A stretch of DNA of 64,000 bases from a virus. Each line of letters starts with the position of its first letter. The stretch's first letter is position 1. The notes under the pieces were generated by a model that saw nothing but the letters and a program-made list of their open reading frames with translations, made no database searches and had not been told where the DNA came from. The translations under genes and the position numbers were made by a program. The stretch lies in IMG/VR virus record IMGVR_UViG_3300005613_000006, positions 64,001-128,000 of that record, one strand, 5' to 3'. Positions 37,599 to 47,085 of this stretch are shown here, piece after piece.

Positions 37599-38053
37599 GG
37601 TTGAATCGGGGGATTTTGAAAGAACCAAGGAGGTTCGGCTTCGTCCACCGGAATGATGGCATCCCGCTCCATAAGTAGCTCAGGAGTTTTGTACCATCGC
37701 TTGAGTATTGAATCCCCTATTTGAACTCCAGCCACTAAGTAGTGTTTGTTCTTAGAGCCCACTGCACAGTCACGCCGAATTCCCCGCGCGAAGTAGTAGC
37801 CTGGGGCATCGGGCGGCAAGGGCACAATATGCGACCTAAACCGCAGTTCCATTCCTACTATTCCTAAACCACTCTCCCCAAGATAATGACCGAGGCGTAT
37901 CCAAGCGCTAGGCTCGTCCACGCCCGGTCTTTCATCGTCCTGGTATACCTTTGTGCCGTCCGACAAAGTGGCTATCCAGATGGCCTTTTCCTCTAAGAAG
38001 TCATCTGGTTTTGTACATAGGTTATTGGACGGGTTTATCTGGGTCCATGACAT
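37595..38053 (-). CDS. hypothetical protein
   Basis: Probable start MSWTQI. Confidence 0.7.
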   Translation of the reverse strand: MSWTQINPSNNLCTKPDDFLEEKAIWIATLSDGTKVYQDDERPGVDEPSAWIRLGHYLGESGLGIVGMELRFRSHIVPLPPDAPGYYFARGIRRDCAVGSKNKHYLVAGVQIGDSILKRWYKTPELLMERDAIIPVDEAEPPWFFQNPPIQP

Positions 38054-38402
38054 GGAGTCGGTCCTTGTTGCCTTTGATGTAGTTGGTGCGAGACATGCGC
38101 TTCTCACGATTGGCGTCAGCCATTTCGCTTGCGCCCGGCGTCATCATCACGGCTCGCTTCTTGTCGTCGCGAGCAAACATCTTGCCGGTTCTATCTCTCT
38201 TGACCTTCTGCAACTTCTCTTTCCGGTCCTCGATGCTATCATCGGGGTCTGGAAGTGGCGGCAGTTCCTCAATGAACGCCTGGACTGTTTTCTCGCCAAC
38301 ACCCTTGGCGTTCATTTCCTTGGCGATTTCTTCCGCCGACATGGTGAGATAGTGATTCTCGATGAAAAACTTCTCTGGTTCGCTAAGTTCTCTCTTAGAC
38401 AT
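38022..38402 (-). CDS. hypothetical HTH-like protein
   Basis: MSAEEIAKEM. Confidence 0.65.
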   Translation of the reverse strand: MSKRELSEPEKFFIENHYLTMSAEEIAKEMNAKGVGEKTVQAFIEELPPLPDPDDSIEDRKEKLQKVKRDRTGKMFARDDKKRAVMMTPGASEMADANREKRMSRTNYIKGNKDRLHVMDPDKPVQ

Positions 38403-38928
38403 TTCTTACCTCTCTTTCCGCGTTAAGCAGATATGCCTTGTTTCTTGAACGCAGGAAGTTCAAGTAGTATTTGAAGCACAACTCGGTCACTCTACGATAT
38501 TTCCAGGCAGACTGTCCTGCATGTCTAGCATACTTGTGGTTTTGGCCTTCTGTGTATATGCCCCACGGGTCATAGAGTTCGCCCTTGGTACTCATCTTGA
38601 TGTAGTAGGCGACCACTCTTTCTCGGGGCTTTGGCTTGATTCTGACCTCTCGGCTGCGAGGAGGCTGTTGCTCATGGATGATGCGCTTCATAGCAATACA
38701 GTCGGGGTTGTCTACCAACTGTTTGATTTTAGGATTGCTGTCCTTGATTTTTACGGGAACAGTGATATTGGCCATGTTTCCCTGTTCATTACGTAGGCCA
38801 CCAGCCGCGTAACCGATTTCTTCGGTGTCGGACTCTGGCACAACAAATCCAGGCGCTTGTGGGGCATCGCCATCTTTGGGGCGGTGAATAGCGTTGAGCG
38901 CTTCTTCTCTCTTACTCATAAGGTTCAT
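38395..38928 (-). CDS. hypothetical protein
   Basis: ORF tiling. Confidence 0.7.
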   Translation of the reverse strand: MNLMSKREEALNAIHRPKDGDAPQAPGFVVPESDTEEIGYAAGGLRNEQGNMANITVPVKIKDSNPKIKQLVDNPDCIAMKRIIHEQQPPRSREVRIKPKPRERVVAYYIKMSTKGELYDPWGIYTEGQNHKYARHAGQSAWKYRRVTELCFKYYLNFLRSRNKAYLLNAEREVRNV

Positions 38929-39295
38929 CTCCCTTGACTGTTTTCAGTAGTATCTTTTGCACAAGCGTACCATCTTCCAGAGTCTCCATTTCTAACTCTT
39001 GGTTGACGATGGATGTGCAGTCGGTTTGCCCTAGATGGAACTTGCCCTGTAACTCGGTGATGTAAGACTTGTCTCCGCAGTGGGGACACTCGGCCACAAC
39101 CTCAGATTTGATTTTCATTTCTGGGCGTGTAATCCAGAGTTCAGCTAGCGGGGCGTTGCAGTTGGAGCAATACACGAAAACATCACCGCCGTCATACACA
39201 TAGATAGACTCGGCATCTACTTGGTCGGCTAGTCGCTGCTGGTCGGTGTCTCGGTGGACGATGATTCGTCGCTTTTTTGGTCTTCCTGTGTCCAT
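38912..39295 (-). CDS. Zn-ribbon protein
   Basis: CSNC...CPHC. Confidence 0.7.
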   Translation of the reverse strand: MDTGRPKKRRIIVHRDTDQQRLADQVDAESIYVYDGGDVFVYCSNCNAPLAELWITRPEMKIKSEVVAECPHCGDKSYITELQGKFHLGQTDCTSIVNQELEMETLEDGTLVQKILLKTVKGDEPYE

Positions 39296-39486
39296 GCTTT
39301 TTCAATCGCTTTCAGCCTCTTCTTCAAGTCGGCAATGCACTCTTCTTCTGTCTCTCCCACAACCTTCAAAATGAACCTATCGTGATGCACGGCTCTTGGA
39401 TGCCATGTTCCATCTGGGTTCTGTTTGTTCACGACAGCGTTGAGAACCACGACAGCTTGGTGTGGTATTTGTCCTTCGCTAGCCAT
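39229..39486 (-). CDS. hypothetical protein
   Basis: Probable start MASEGQ. Confidence 0.6.
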   Translation of the reverse strand: MASEGQIPHQAVVVLNAVVNKQNPDGTWHPRAVHHDRFILKVVGETEEECIADLKKRLKAIEKAWTQEDQKSDESSSTETPTSSD

Positions 39487-39886
39487 CTTTGTCTCCTGTT
39501 TCCATGTAGTTCTTCTGTTGCTCTTGGTCCATCTGGGCAACCTTTTCGGTGGGTTCGGTCTGTCCTGGCCATTCCTTCTTTTCCGGCTTCTCCCTCTCAT
39601 CACGCCTCATGCCGCCTGGGAGTTCGTGTTTGACCTGTTTGGCGGTCCTTTGTTGCCGTGCAAGTTCCTGCATTTCATCCTTCGACATGCGGGATGCGTT
39701 CTTGTCTGCCAACGCCCCTAAAGTGGTCGTCCCACCACTGACTTGAATCAGCATAGGAGCCCCAATCACGCGATGCCATGTTTCACTGCCACATTCAGGG
39801 CATTTCTCGGTCGGCTCAGCGTGAATCGACTGAAATTCTTCCTCTTCGTGCTTACAATCGTCACAACTATACTGATAAATAGGCAT
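39479..39886 (-). CDS. FmdB-family zinc-ribbon protein
   Basis: MPIYQYSCDDC...CPECG. Confidence 0.85.
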   Translation of the reverse strand: MPIYQYSCDDCKHEEEEFQSIHAEPTEKCPECGSETWHRVIGAPMLIQVSGGTTTLGALADKNASRMSKDEMQELARQQRTAKQVKHELPGGMRRDEREKPEKKEWPGQTEPTEKVAQMDQEQQKNYMETGDKDG

Positions 39887-40604
39887 TCACCATCTCCTTT
39901 TTTCTATCAAGGAACACATGTGAACCTTGATACATATACTGCAAACATTTTCTGACCTGAATATTTCCATGTATACACAATACATAGGCATTAGATGGCT
40001 TTTGTAATTTTACAGATGTTCCAAGGGCGTTTTGTATGGTATCTAACACCATATATGTACCAACAAATTGCAATTTGGCATTTTTGGTTTTAGGGTTGAG
40101 ATAGAATGAACCATCGCCATCAAAATAACCCCTAATAACATGCCGTATTAAATCTAGCGACACATTGGGAAATGTCAACACAAGACTTTTGCGTGGAACA
40201 CATCCCAATTTAATCAAATCATCACACATCTTAGTAGAATAGTGAGTGCTAGATACTGTATTGTGAATATGAGATAAATTGATTTTTACTATCGAATCTA
40301 TTGCGGAATGCCATTTGACTATATGGTTATAATCTTTTTTGTGTAATCGAATTTGTACCTTTGGACTTTGGCTAATAGACACACAACCATCGGCCATAAT
40401 AAACCCTAACCAGTATGCTTTGAATTCGCTGTCTATATCTGCAAAGAAATCGTGATTGAATTTCAACCTTTGTGATTGGATGCCGTGATTTTTTAACTTA
40501 CGATGTATAGTATTTCTACTAACGCAAAATTTGGATGCAATACTGGTGATAGTATACCCTTGTTGTATCAATGTGACCACTTTTTGTATATCAATATCAA
40601 TCAT
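39867..40604 (-). CDS. free-standing LAGLIDADG endonuclease
   Basis: YWLGFIMADG and VIRGYFDGDG; HTH N-terminus; AT-rich. Confidence 0.88.
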   Translation of the reverse strand: MIDIDIQKVVTLIQQGYTITSIASKFCVSRNTIHRKLKNHGIQSQRLKFNHDFFADIDSEFKAYWLGFIMADGCVSISQSPKVQIRLHKKDYNHIVKWHSAIDSIVKINLSHIHNTVSSTHYSTKMCDDLIKLGCVPRKSLVLTFPNVSLDLIRHVIRGYFDGDGSFYLNPKTKNAKLQFVGTYMVLDTIQNALGTSVKLQKPSNAYVLCIHGNIQVRKCLQYMYQGSHVFLDRKKEMVNAYLSV

Positions 40605-40635
40605 AATAATACTCCTACGCACAATTTGGCTATTA

Positions 40636-40649
40636 TATTATACACCAAA
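40636..40649 (-). promoter_or_regulatory. motif TTTGGTGTATAATA
   Basis: Exact copy inside hairpin upstream of endonuclease. Confidence 0.75.
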
Positions 40650-40690
40650 ATGTGCATAGATAACTATTTATAATTGCGCCTTTTACCCAT

Positions 40691-40727
40691 AAAAAACTGG
40701 TCCGTACACTATTATACAGACCAGTTT
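40691..40727 (-). terminator. intrinsic terminator
   Basis: AAACTGGTCTGTATA-ATAG-TGTACGGACCAGTTTTTT after 40737 stop. Confidence 0.7.
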
Positions 40728-40736
40728 GCGTGAAAA

Positions 40737-41423
40737 TCAAGTCAATTTTCGGTCACTTATGATATAAGCGACGTAGGTTTCCCATTCGGGTGGAATCTCC
40801 ATCTGATTCAAACCCAATACGATTTCCTGGTACGACGGCTGCTTGGGCCGCTTGTAGAACACCGTTCGTCCATTCACTTCCTTGCGAAGTTGCATATCCG
40901 CCTGTTCGGGGGTTCGGTTATCCTTCACACGGTTGCATTTGACGCAAGCACAAACGATGTTTTTCCAGTTGGTCGGGGTGTCTTGACCCTGCCCCTGCCA
41001 CATTGAACGAGGTACAACGTGGTCGATGGTCAAATTAGCGCGAGTGGGCTTCTTGCCACAGTATTGACAAGTATGGTTGTCTCTACGGTAGACGTTGACC
41101 TTGCTGAACATAATCTTACGGAAGGCCCGAGAAACGTGGTTGCGGTTGGCAATCACAGCAGGAATGGGCCATTCGTTGCCACGACCGTCACGGGCCGAGA
41201 AGTCGTAGTATTCAACCACTTCGGCTGGTCGCAAGTAGCCTTGGCCGTTGCAGTACGCACAGTTTGATATGTGGGCAGCAACACGAATAATCCCAGTACC
41301 TTCGCAGTGTTCACATTTCGTGTTATAAAGAGTCTTCTTAAAACCCTTCTTCCACGATACCGTGTTCAAAGGTATTCGGTCATCGTTCAAAACCAGTGTT
41401 TTGGTTCCTATTGGTACTGGCAT
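40737..41423 (-). CDS. HNH endonuclease (McrA/HNH_5-like)
   Basis: RDNHTCQYCG, TIDHVVP, NIVCACVKCNRVK. Confidence 0.88.
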   Translation of the reverse strand: MPVPIGTKTLVLNDDRIPLNTVSWKKGFKKTLYNTKCEHCEGTGIIRVAAHISNCAYCNGQGYLRPAEVVEYYDFSARDGRGNEWPIPAVIANRNHVSRAFRKIMFSKVNVYRRDNHTCQYCGKKPTRANLTIDHVVPRSMWQGQGQDTPTNWKNIVCACVKCNRVKDNRTPEQADMQLRKEVNGRTVFYKRPKQPSYQEIVLGLNQMEIPPEWETYVAYIISDRKLT

Positions 41424-41438
41424 GTAACTGTCCTTTCA

Positions 41439-43913
41439 CTACAAGCATTTGGACCATCCACAGGCAAGGCACTTTTTGCAGCCTTCCTCACGTATCAGGG
41501 GTTCCGCCCCACATGTTTCACATGGTTCTCCCACATCCTCAGTCCCGTCTGGTATGTACTTCTTGAGAGTACGGGCCATAGCTCTGGCAAAGCTATTCAT
41601 TTCTGTGTTCTCTCCTACTTTCTCCAACTGCTTCACAACAAAGTACATTTCTGCGCCATGTCGTAGTGCCGTGGAGGTCAATCGTGTAATCACTTCTTCC
41701 TGCGTGTTCATCATCGCCGTAATCGGTGAAAACTCCACGTCAGTACCTTCAAAAGAGACAGTATAGAAGTTCTTACGACGGCGTACAATAGTTCCACGTT
41801 TGACATTGCTGTTGATGTGTCCATTTCTGAGGGCAAATACCTCGTATGGGTCGCCCCCGTACAGCCCAACCAAGACGAGATAAGGCTCATGTTTGACTTT
41901 AACGTGATAGACTTCACAAGGGAGTTCCCGAGGGCGCTTCGGGGCCACTGTATGTATTATACCCCCTGATTTCGATTTGTCAAGCGACTTAATTACATTT
42001 TCTCTAGCCCCATCCCGATAGACAGTAATCCCCTTGCAACCAGCTTTCCACGCAGCGAGGTAGATGTTACCCACCTGGGTAGGGGTGGCGTTGGAGGGGA
42101 GATTGACAGTAGAGGAAATGGAATGGTCGATATGACGCTGCATCAGCGCTTGCATGGCGATGCGTTGTTTCCAGGGAACGTCATGCGCCTCATGTCCAGC
42201 CCACGGTGACTTGCTGAAATCTTTCTCGCCGGTCACGTCCCTCCATATACGAGCGGTCGGATGGATAGATTCAAACTCCATCCAATGGTCACCACTATCA
42301 TCTACAAAGTCTGTTCGGAAACCTTCGTCGCCAGGATTCCCCTTCTTTCTTCGCATGAATTGTATCGCCATAATCGGCTCACCCGCTGCGCTGCATCGAG
42401 CCTCAATCGCGCAGGAACCAGTGGGTGATTGGGTGAGGTTAGCAATGTTGCGTCGTCCGTAGCGCCCCATGCGGTTGTATATGGCCTCGCCTTTAATCAC
42501 ACGACCATCTTCAAGGTCAACTTCCTCTTCCTTAAAGCGGAGCAGGAATGGGTGGTCCTTTTCTTTGGCCCACTGCCACACAGGAAATGCCCCAAGGTCT
42601 TTTGCCATCTCTGTTGATGACCAGTATGAGGCGAACTTGAGTGTCCGATACGCTCGTTCTGTGAAGGTCAACGCCTCTCTACTATTGAAACCTATGCCCA
42701 GAGCGGCAAGCGTGTCGGCTAGACCTACTAAGCCCAAGCCTGTTCGTCGCCCATTGTAACACATGGCCTCAATGTGTTCCCAAAGTTCAAGTTCTGCTCG
42801 CTTGATATGGTCAGGCTCAGGGTCATCTTTGATTTTCTGAATAATGCGTCGGATGCACTCCAACTCCAAATCAATGATGTCGTCTAACAATCGTTGTGCC
42901 AAAATGGCATCGTCGTAGAATGCAGCCCAATCGAATCTCGCATTGTCTGTGAAAGGGTCAATAATGTAGGAGAGCAGACGCAGTATCAACAGCCGACAAG
43001 AATCGCCAGCCGGAAGCGGTAGTTCGCTACATGGGTTCGTTGCTACCGTTTTGAATTCATCCTCACAATAGCAGTCAGCGGGACTCTCTCGAATGACGGT
43101 ATCCCAAAACAAAAGCCCCGGCTCCGCGTGTGCATGTGCGTTATTGATAATGTCTTTCCAAACAACGCGGGCCGGGACTCTGTTCTTAATCACAGGTTGG
43201 TTGCCCTCGACGGGCCACTGTTGGGTGTAATCCTTGTTGTTGACGACCGCTTTCATAAATTGGTCCGTCAGACGAACAGATAGATTTGCTCCCGTAACCT
43301 GTGTTTTGTCTGTTTTGCAGCGAGCAAAGTCCACTACGTCGGGATGATTGACGTGTAGCGACAACATGAGTGCGCCACGTCTTCCATCCTGTCCGACCTC
43401 TCGTATGCTATGAGAGAATCGACCGGCGAAGCATACTGGACCTGTGCTGGTGCGCGAGGAGTTGCGAGTTGGAGCCGTATTGGGTCTCAACTCTGAAATA
43501 TCTGTGCCGCAGCCGCCTCTTCGCTTACTGATTTGCGTGATTTGCTGGTCAGTATAGTGGATGCCTCCGTAACTATCCAAAGGCGGGTCTATGGCGTAGC
43601 AATTCGATAGCGTGACGAACTGTTGAGTGTTTCCAATACCATACATACACCCGCCCTGTGGAATGATGCGCTTGAAGCCATCAAGTAAGTCGAAGATTTG
43701 GTCTTCGGTCAGGGCGTTATCACCATATTTCTTACGTTCGACGCGAGCAAATTCCTTTGCCATGCGTCGGTGCATATCGGTCGGTGTGAGTTCTAGGATT
43801 CGTTTCTTTTCGTCGCGTAGGGCATATTTGTCTACCCAAACTTGTGCCGCTAGGTCATTGCCGTCGAAGTATTTAATGGAGGCATCAAGAGCTTTTTTGT
43901 AGCTGTGAGCCAT
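41439..43913 (-). CDS. nrdJ: ribonucleotide reductase, class II (B12-dependent)
   Basis: TLSNC, RRGALM, NPCSE, PTGS, KGITVYRDG, C-terminal CKKCLACGWSKC; no beta subunit nearby. Confidence 0.85.
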   Translation of the reverse strand: MAHSYKKALDASIKYFDGNDLAAQVWVDKYALRDEKKRILELTPTDMHRRMAKEFARVERKKYGDNALTEDQIFDLLDGFKRIIPQGGCMYGIGNTQQFVTLSNCYAIDPPLDSYGGIHYTDQQITQISKRRGGCGTDISELRPNTAPTRNSSRTSTGPVCFAGRFSHSIREVGQDGRRGALMLSLHVNHPDVVDFARCKTDKTQVTGANLSVRLTDQFMKAVVNNKDYTQQWPVEGNQPVIKNRVPARVVWKDIINNAHAHAEPGLLFWDTVIRESPADCYCEDEFKTVATNPCSELPLPAGDSCRLLILRLLSYIIDPFTDNARFDWAAFYDDAILAQRLLDDIIDLELECIRRIIQKIKDDPEPDHIKRAELELWEHIEAMCYNGRRTGLGLVGLADTLAALGIGFNSREALTFTERAYRTLKFASYWSSTEMAKDLGAFPVWQWAKEKDHPFLLRFKEEEVDLEDGRVIKGEAIYNRMGRYGRRNIANLTQSPTGSCAIEARCSAAGEPIMAIQFMRRKKGNPGDEGFRTDFVDDSGDHWMEFESIHPTARIWRDVTGEKDFSKSPWAGHEAHDVPWKQRIAMQALMQRHIDHSISSTVNLPSNATPTQVGNIYLAAWKAGCKGITVYRDGARENVIKSLDKSKSGGIIHTVAPKRPRELPCEVYHVKVKHEPYLVLVGLYGGDPYEVFALRNGHINSNVKRGTIVRRRKNFYTVSFEGTDVEFSPITAMMNTQEEVITRLTSTALRHGAEMYFVVKQLEKVGENTEMNSFARAMARTLKKYIPDGTEDVGEPCETCGAEPLIREEGCKKCLACGWSKCL

Positions 43914-44166
43914 CTGTCTTTTTCTTCCGTTGCAAAGTCTTTTTCTTCGTGTTGTTTTTCTTTCTGCGCCTTCGCAGCGGTGGCAATGAATTCTTGAAGA
44001 ACCAACCAGCTAGCGATGAAGGCTTGTGAGTTTTGTAGCGCTTCCTACGCCCTGTTGGGTTACCCGCGCCATCCCTTTCGCAAATGTCCAGTTCATACAT
44101 CGGGATGAAGATTTCCTCTTCTTCCGGTGCTTCTTGCTCAACGTCGAGTTTGAGTTCTTCGGTCAT
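43885..44166 (-). CDS. hypothetical protein with basic tail
   Basis: Probable start MTEELK. Confidence 0.6.
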   Translation of the reverse strand: MTEELKLDVEQEAPEEEEIFIPMYELDICERDGAGNPTGRRKRYKTHKPSSLAGWFFKNSLPPLRRRRKKNNTKKKTLQRKKKTDGSQLQKSS

Positions 44167-44690
44167 TTCCTGTGTTCCCGTATGGTTAGTTGGTGTGACA
44201 TAAGCCACGCAAGCACTTCAAAGTTCAGCTTGCGAGTCTCGTTCTCTGTCATTGATGCCTTATCTACGTCGTGTATGACTTCCACGATTCCCACTTGCCA
44301 CAACTTGCTCAGACATGGCACACATGGTTTGATGGTAACGTAAGCAATGCCACCTTCTGGGCGGTGTTCACAGTTGAGAATAGCATTCTCTTCGCCGTGA
44401 ATCATAAACGGATATTTCTCGTCGCGCATATTGGGCAACATCGAGTCATCAATAGCGCGGGGAAAACTGTTGTATCCGATACCCAAAATTTGATGGTTTG
44501 GATTGGTGATAACGCAGCCACACTGCGTTTGTGCGTCCATACTACGCTTCTTTACGACGTGTGCTATTTCCATCATCACGTCGTCCCAAGATGGGCGCTC
44601 AACTGGCTGAATCTTCCCCCCATCTTTCCATTTCTGGATGTGATTCAGCACTCTCAGACTTGGCTTCTGCAATAACTCTTTCCAATTCAT
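44163..44690 (-). CDS. dCMP deaminase
   Basis: GYN, HGEENAI, PCVPC. Confidence 0.9.
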   Translation of the reverse strand: MNWKELLQKPSLRVLNHIQKWKDGGKIQPVERPSWDDVMMEIAHVVKKRSMDAQTQCGCVITNPNHQILGIGYNSFPRAIDDSMLPNMRDEKYPFMIHGEENAILNCEHRPEGGIAYVTIKPCVPCLSKLWQVGIVEVIHDVDKASMTENETRKLNFEVLAWLMSHQLTIREHRK

Positions 44691-44874
44691 CTGTTTCCTT
44701 CCTTACGTTCTTTTCCACGCATCTGCAAAATACCACCTTGTCTCCTGTGACTGGGTGATTGAAGGTTTGATAACCTTTGCCATAGCAGTGCTTGCAATTT
44801 TCCTTGGCATAAAAAACAATCAGTTGAGGGTCATTACGTAAGTCCCTCAACCGATTTGCGTACTCTTTGCTCAT
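44599..44874 (-). CDS. small Zn-finger protein
   Basis: CKHCYGKG...CRC. Confidence 0.6.
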   Translation of the reverse strand: MSKEYANRLRDLRNDPQLIVFYAKENCKHCYGKGYQTFNHPVTGDKVVFCRCVEKNVRKETDELERVIAEAKSESAESHPEMERWGEDSAS

Positions 44875-44899
44875 TTTCTCGTCCTCTTTCTTATCCAGA

Positions 44900-45298
44900 C
44901 TACTCTTCTTCGTCGTCGTCCAGTCCCTCAATCTCAATCTCTGGATGCTCCGCTGCCTCTTCCAGAGAGTCGATAACTTCATCCACCCTGCGCTGTTGCA
45001 GGTTGGTTTCAATGGCCTCGTCGGTCTCTGGAGCCTCCGCTATTTCTGGCTCTTGCTGTTCATCGTCGTCGTCGTCAAACACAAGGGGATTCTTGTGGAG
45101 TTCAAGCAAGTCTCTTTGGACGCCCTTCACCACACGCTTGTCTTTGAAGTACAGATTGGCATATCCATCGGCACATATCCCTACTTTGTCTACCCGATGT
45201 AGTTCTCCAAAGCCGAAAAACTGGTTGCGAACTATGCCGTCTGGACAGTCTACGTCCAGATACATATTCGCCATGAATCTTACTCTTCCATTGCTCAT
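44900..45298 (-). CDS. hypothetical acidic protein
   Basis: ORF tiling. Confidence 0.65.
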   Translation of the reverse strand: MSNGRVRFMANMYLDVDCPDGIVRNQFFGFGELHRVDKVGICADGYANLYFKDKRVVKGVQRDLLELHKNPLVFDDDDDEQQEPEIAEAPETDEAIETNLQQRRVDEVIDSLEEAAEHPEIEIEGLDDDEEE

Positions 45299-45588
45299 TT
45301 TGGTCTCCCTTTACCGCAGCCTCCACAGCCAGCTTTTGCTGGGGGAGCGCCCGGCGGTTGCATAGTTTCTACGAGGTCTTTACTTAGATTGTGAACAACC
45401 CCGCGTATATGTCCTACGTTGTCGGGGAATTCAATGTCAACGGTTGTTGCTGATGGGGTGATGGCTTTGACAGGATAGCTTTGGCCGAATTCAATATGAT
45501 ATTGATTCTCGCGAGTGCGCATCTTGCCCTTGTCTAGGTATGTCTCAATGGTAAACAGGACAAACTGTTGAACAAACCGAACATTCAT
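45295..45588 (-). CDS. hypothetical protein
   Basis: C-terminal GCGGCG. Confidence 0.65.
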   Translation of the reverse strand: MNVRFVQQFVLFTIETYLDKGKMRTRENQYHIEFGQSYPVKAITPSATTVDIEFPDNVGHIRGVVHNLSKDLVETMQPPGAPPAKAGCGGCGKGRPK

Positions 45589-46250
45589 TGTCGAACCGCC
45601 AAGTAGTTGTTGGTGTGCCTGTGTTTGGTATAGTCTGTCAACGGTGGACCAAACTTGCCTCCCTTATGCATCATACCAAGTTCAAAGCCATGCTCCTCAA
45701 GCAACTGTTGAATCATTTCCCATGTGTATCCGCTGTCCTCTGAGGTATATCCGTACTCAAACTGAATCACGTCGATGTTGCGTTTGAGAAGCTGAAAGGT
45801 AGCCCCCTGCATTACTGGGTATTCATATCCCTCTACATCAATCTTCAAGAAATGTATGTGGTTAATGTTGTTGTTAATGCAGTAGGCGTCAATAGTAGTC
45901 ATTGGAACTTCGACTGTTCCATTCTTGACTATTTTGGGGGCGGTCTTCTGTCGTGGATTGAGGCAGCTTGTGCCAAAGAAACGCTTCTTAGTTCCCAGGA
46001 TATACAAGGTGCGCTTTCCTGGTACGTCTAAGACACCCACGTTGTTGGTGGTAACATTGACCTTTGCAGCGAACGTCTTCTCCAACTGTGGATAGGTGTG
46101 AGGAGAAGGCTCGAACGCATGTACGGTCACCGCTGGAAAATTTTGTGTGACCTTAGCCGACCATTCACCGATACAAGCCCCGACATCAAACACAGTTTGA
46201 CCGGGGCGAATGTACTTCTCAATGGCCATGACTTCAAACGGGTCGTTCAT
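45585..46250 (-). CDS. FkbM family methyltransferase
   Basis: FDVGACIG, AFEP, LKIDVEGYE; the longer ORF-track start lies inside tRNA-Leu. Confidence 0.9.
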   Translation of the reverse strand: MNDPFEVMAIEKYIRPGQTVFDVGACIGEWSAKVTQNFPAVTVHAFEPSPHTYPQLEKTFAAKVNVTTNNVGVLDVPGKRTLYILGTKKRFFGTSCLNPRQKTAPKIVKNGTVEVPMTTIDAYCINNNINHIHFLKIDVEGYEYPVMQGATFQLLKRNIDVIQFEYGYTSEDSGYTWEMIQQLLEEHGFELGMMHKGGKFGPPLTDYTKHRHTNNYLAVRQ

Positions 46251-46264
46251 CACAACTCCCTCAG

Positions 46265-46346
46265 TAGCCGCCGCGAGAGTCGAACTCGCACGCCTCGAAG
46301 GCACCACTTTTTGAGAGTGGCGTGTATACCATTTCACCAGACGGCC
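46265..46346 (-). tRNA. tRNA-Leu(CAA)
   Basis: Cloverleaf with long variable arm; CCACT-CTCAAAA-AGTGG. Confidence 0.9.
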
Positions 46347-46349
46347 ATG

Positions 46350-46363
46350 TTTGGTGTATAATA
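46350..46363 (+). promoter_or_regulatory. motif TTTGGTGTATAATA
   Basis: Plus-strand copy upstream of HNH 46406. Confidence 0.75.
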
Positions 46364-46405
46364 AAGGTAGACAAGTTCATTGAACCACACCAAGGAGTCT
46401 ACCCC

Positions 46406-46918
46406 ATGTCTCGCAAACGAAATTGGACTGACCAACAACTACGCCAAGCGGTTGGTGTATCACATTCTGTTGCACAAGTTCTATCTGCTTTGGGCTTACA
46501 AGCCAACGGCGGAAACTACAAGTCGTTCTATCATCATTGTAATAGACTGGGCCTTGACTATAATCACTTTACAGGACAAGGACATTTGAAGGGCCGAACT
46601 CACCATTGGAAACCTCGCATTCCGTTACAGGAGGTTATGGTTGCCGACTCTTCATATCGCAATTTAACCAGTCTCAAAAAACGAATAGTTGAAAGCGGTT
46701 TGATAGATTACGTGTGTTCTGAATGTGGACAGGAACCGATATGGAATAACAAGCCTCTGGTGTTAATACTAGACCACATCAATGGCATCAACAACGACCA
46801 TCGACTTGAAAACCTGCGATTTCTATGTCCAAATTGTAATGCTCAACAACCAACTTTTGCTGGTCGCAACAAAGGCAAAGCATCCCCACGGGGAATCGAA
46901 CCCCGGTCACTAGTCTGA
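46406..46918 (+). CDS. HNH endonuclease, antisense within tRNA array
   Basis: LDHINGINNDHRLENLRFLCPNC; AAGGAG RBS. Confidence 0.88.
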   Translation: MSRKRNWTDQQLRQAVGVSHSVAQVLSALGLQANGGNYKSFYHHCNRLGLDYNHFTGQGHLKGRTHHWKPRIPLQEVMVADSSYRNLTSLKKRIVESGLIDYVCSECGQEPIWNNKPLVLILDHINGINNDHRLENLRFLCPNCNAQQPTFAGRNKGKASPRGIEPRSLV

Positions 46919-46952
46919 GAAACTAGTATCCTAGCCGCTAGAAGATGGGGAC
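46881..46952 (-). tRNA. tRNA-Glu(CTC)
   Basis: CTAGT-TTCTCAG-ACTAG; GGTTCGATTCC. Confidence 0.88.
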
Positions 46953-46954
46953 GT

Positions 46955-47080
46955 AAAAAAAGCGGCAGTATGCTTCAACCATGTGGGAAGCGCGCGAACT
47001 AACCAACTGCCGCTTTACGGTGCTTTTCGGTTCACTCGCCTAAACGAGCCGGAAAAGCCACTGTCAAAACTGGTTAGTCC
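46955..47080 (-). other. structured spacer: long hairpin plus terminator-like hairpin
   Basis: AAAGCGGCAGT/ACTGCCGCTTTTTTT; GGACTAACCAGTT/AGTTGGTTAGTTC. Confidence 0.5.
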
Positions 47081-47085
47081 CAGAG

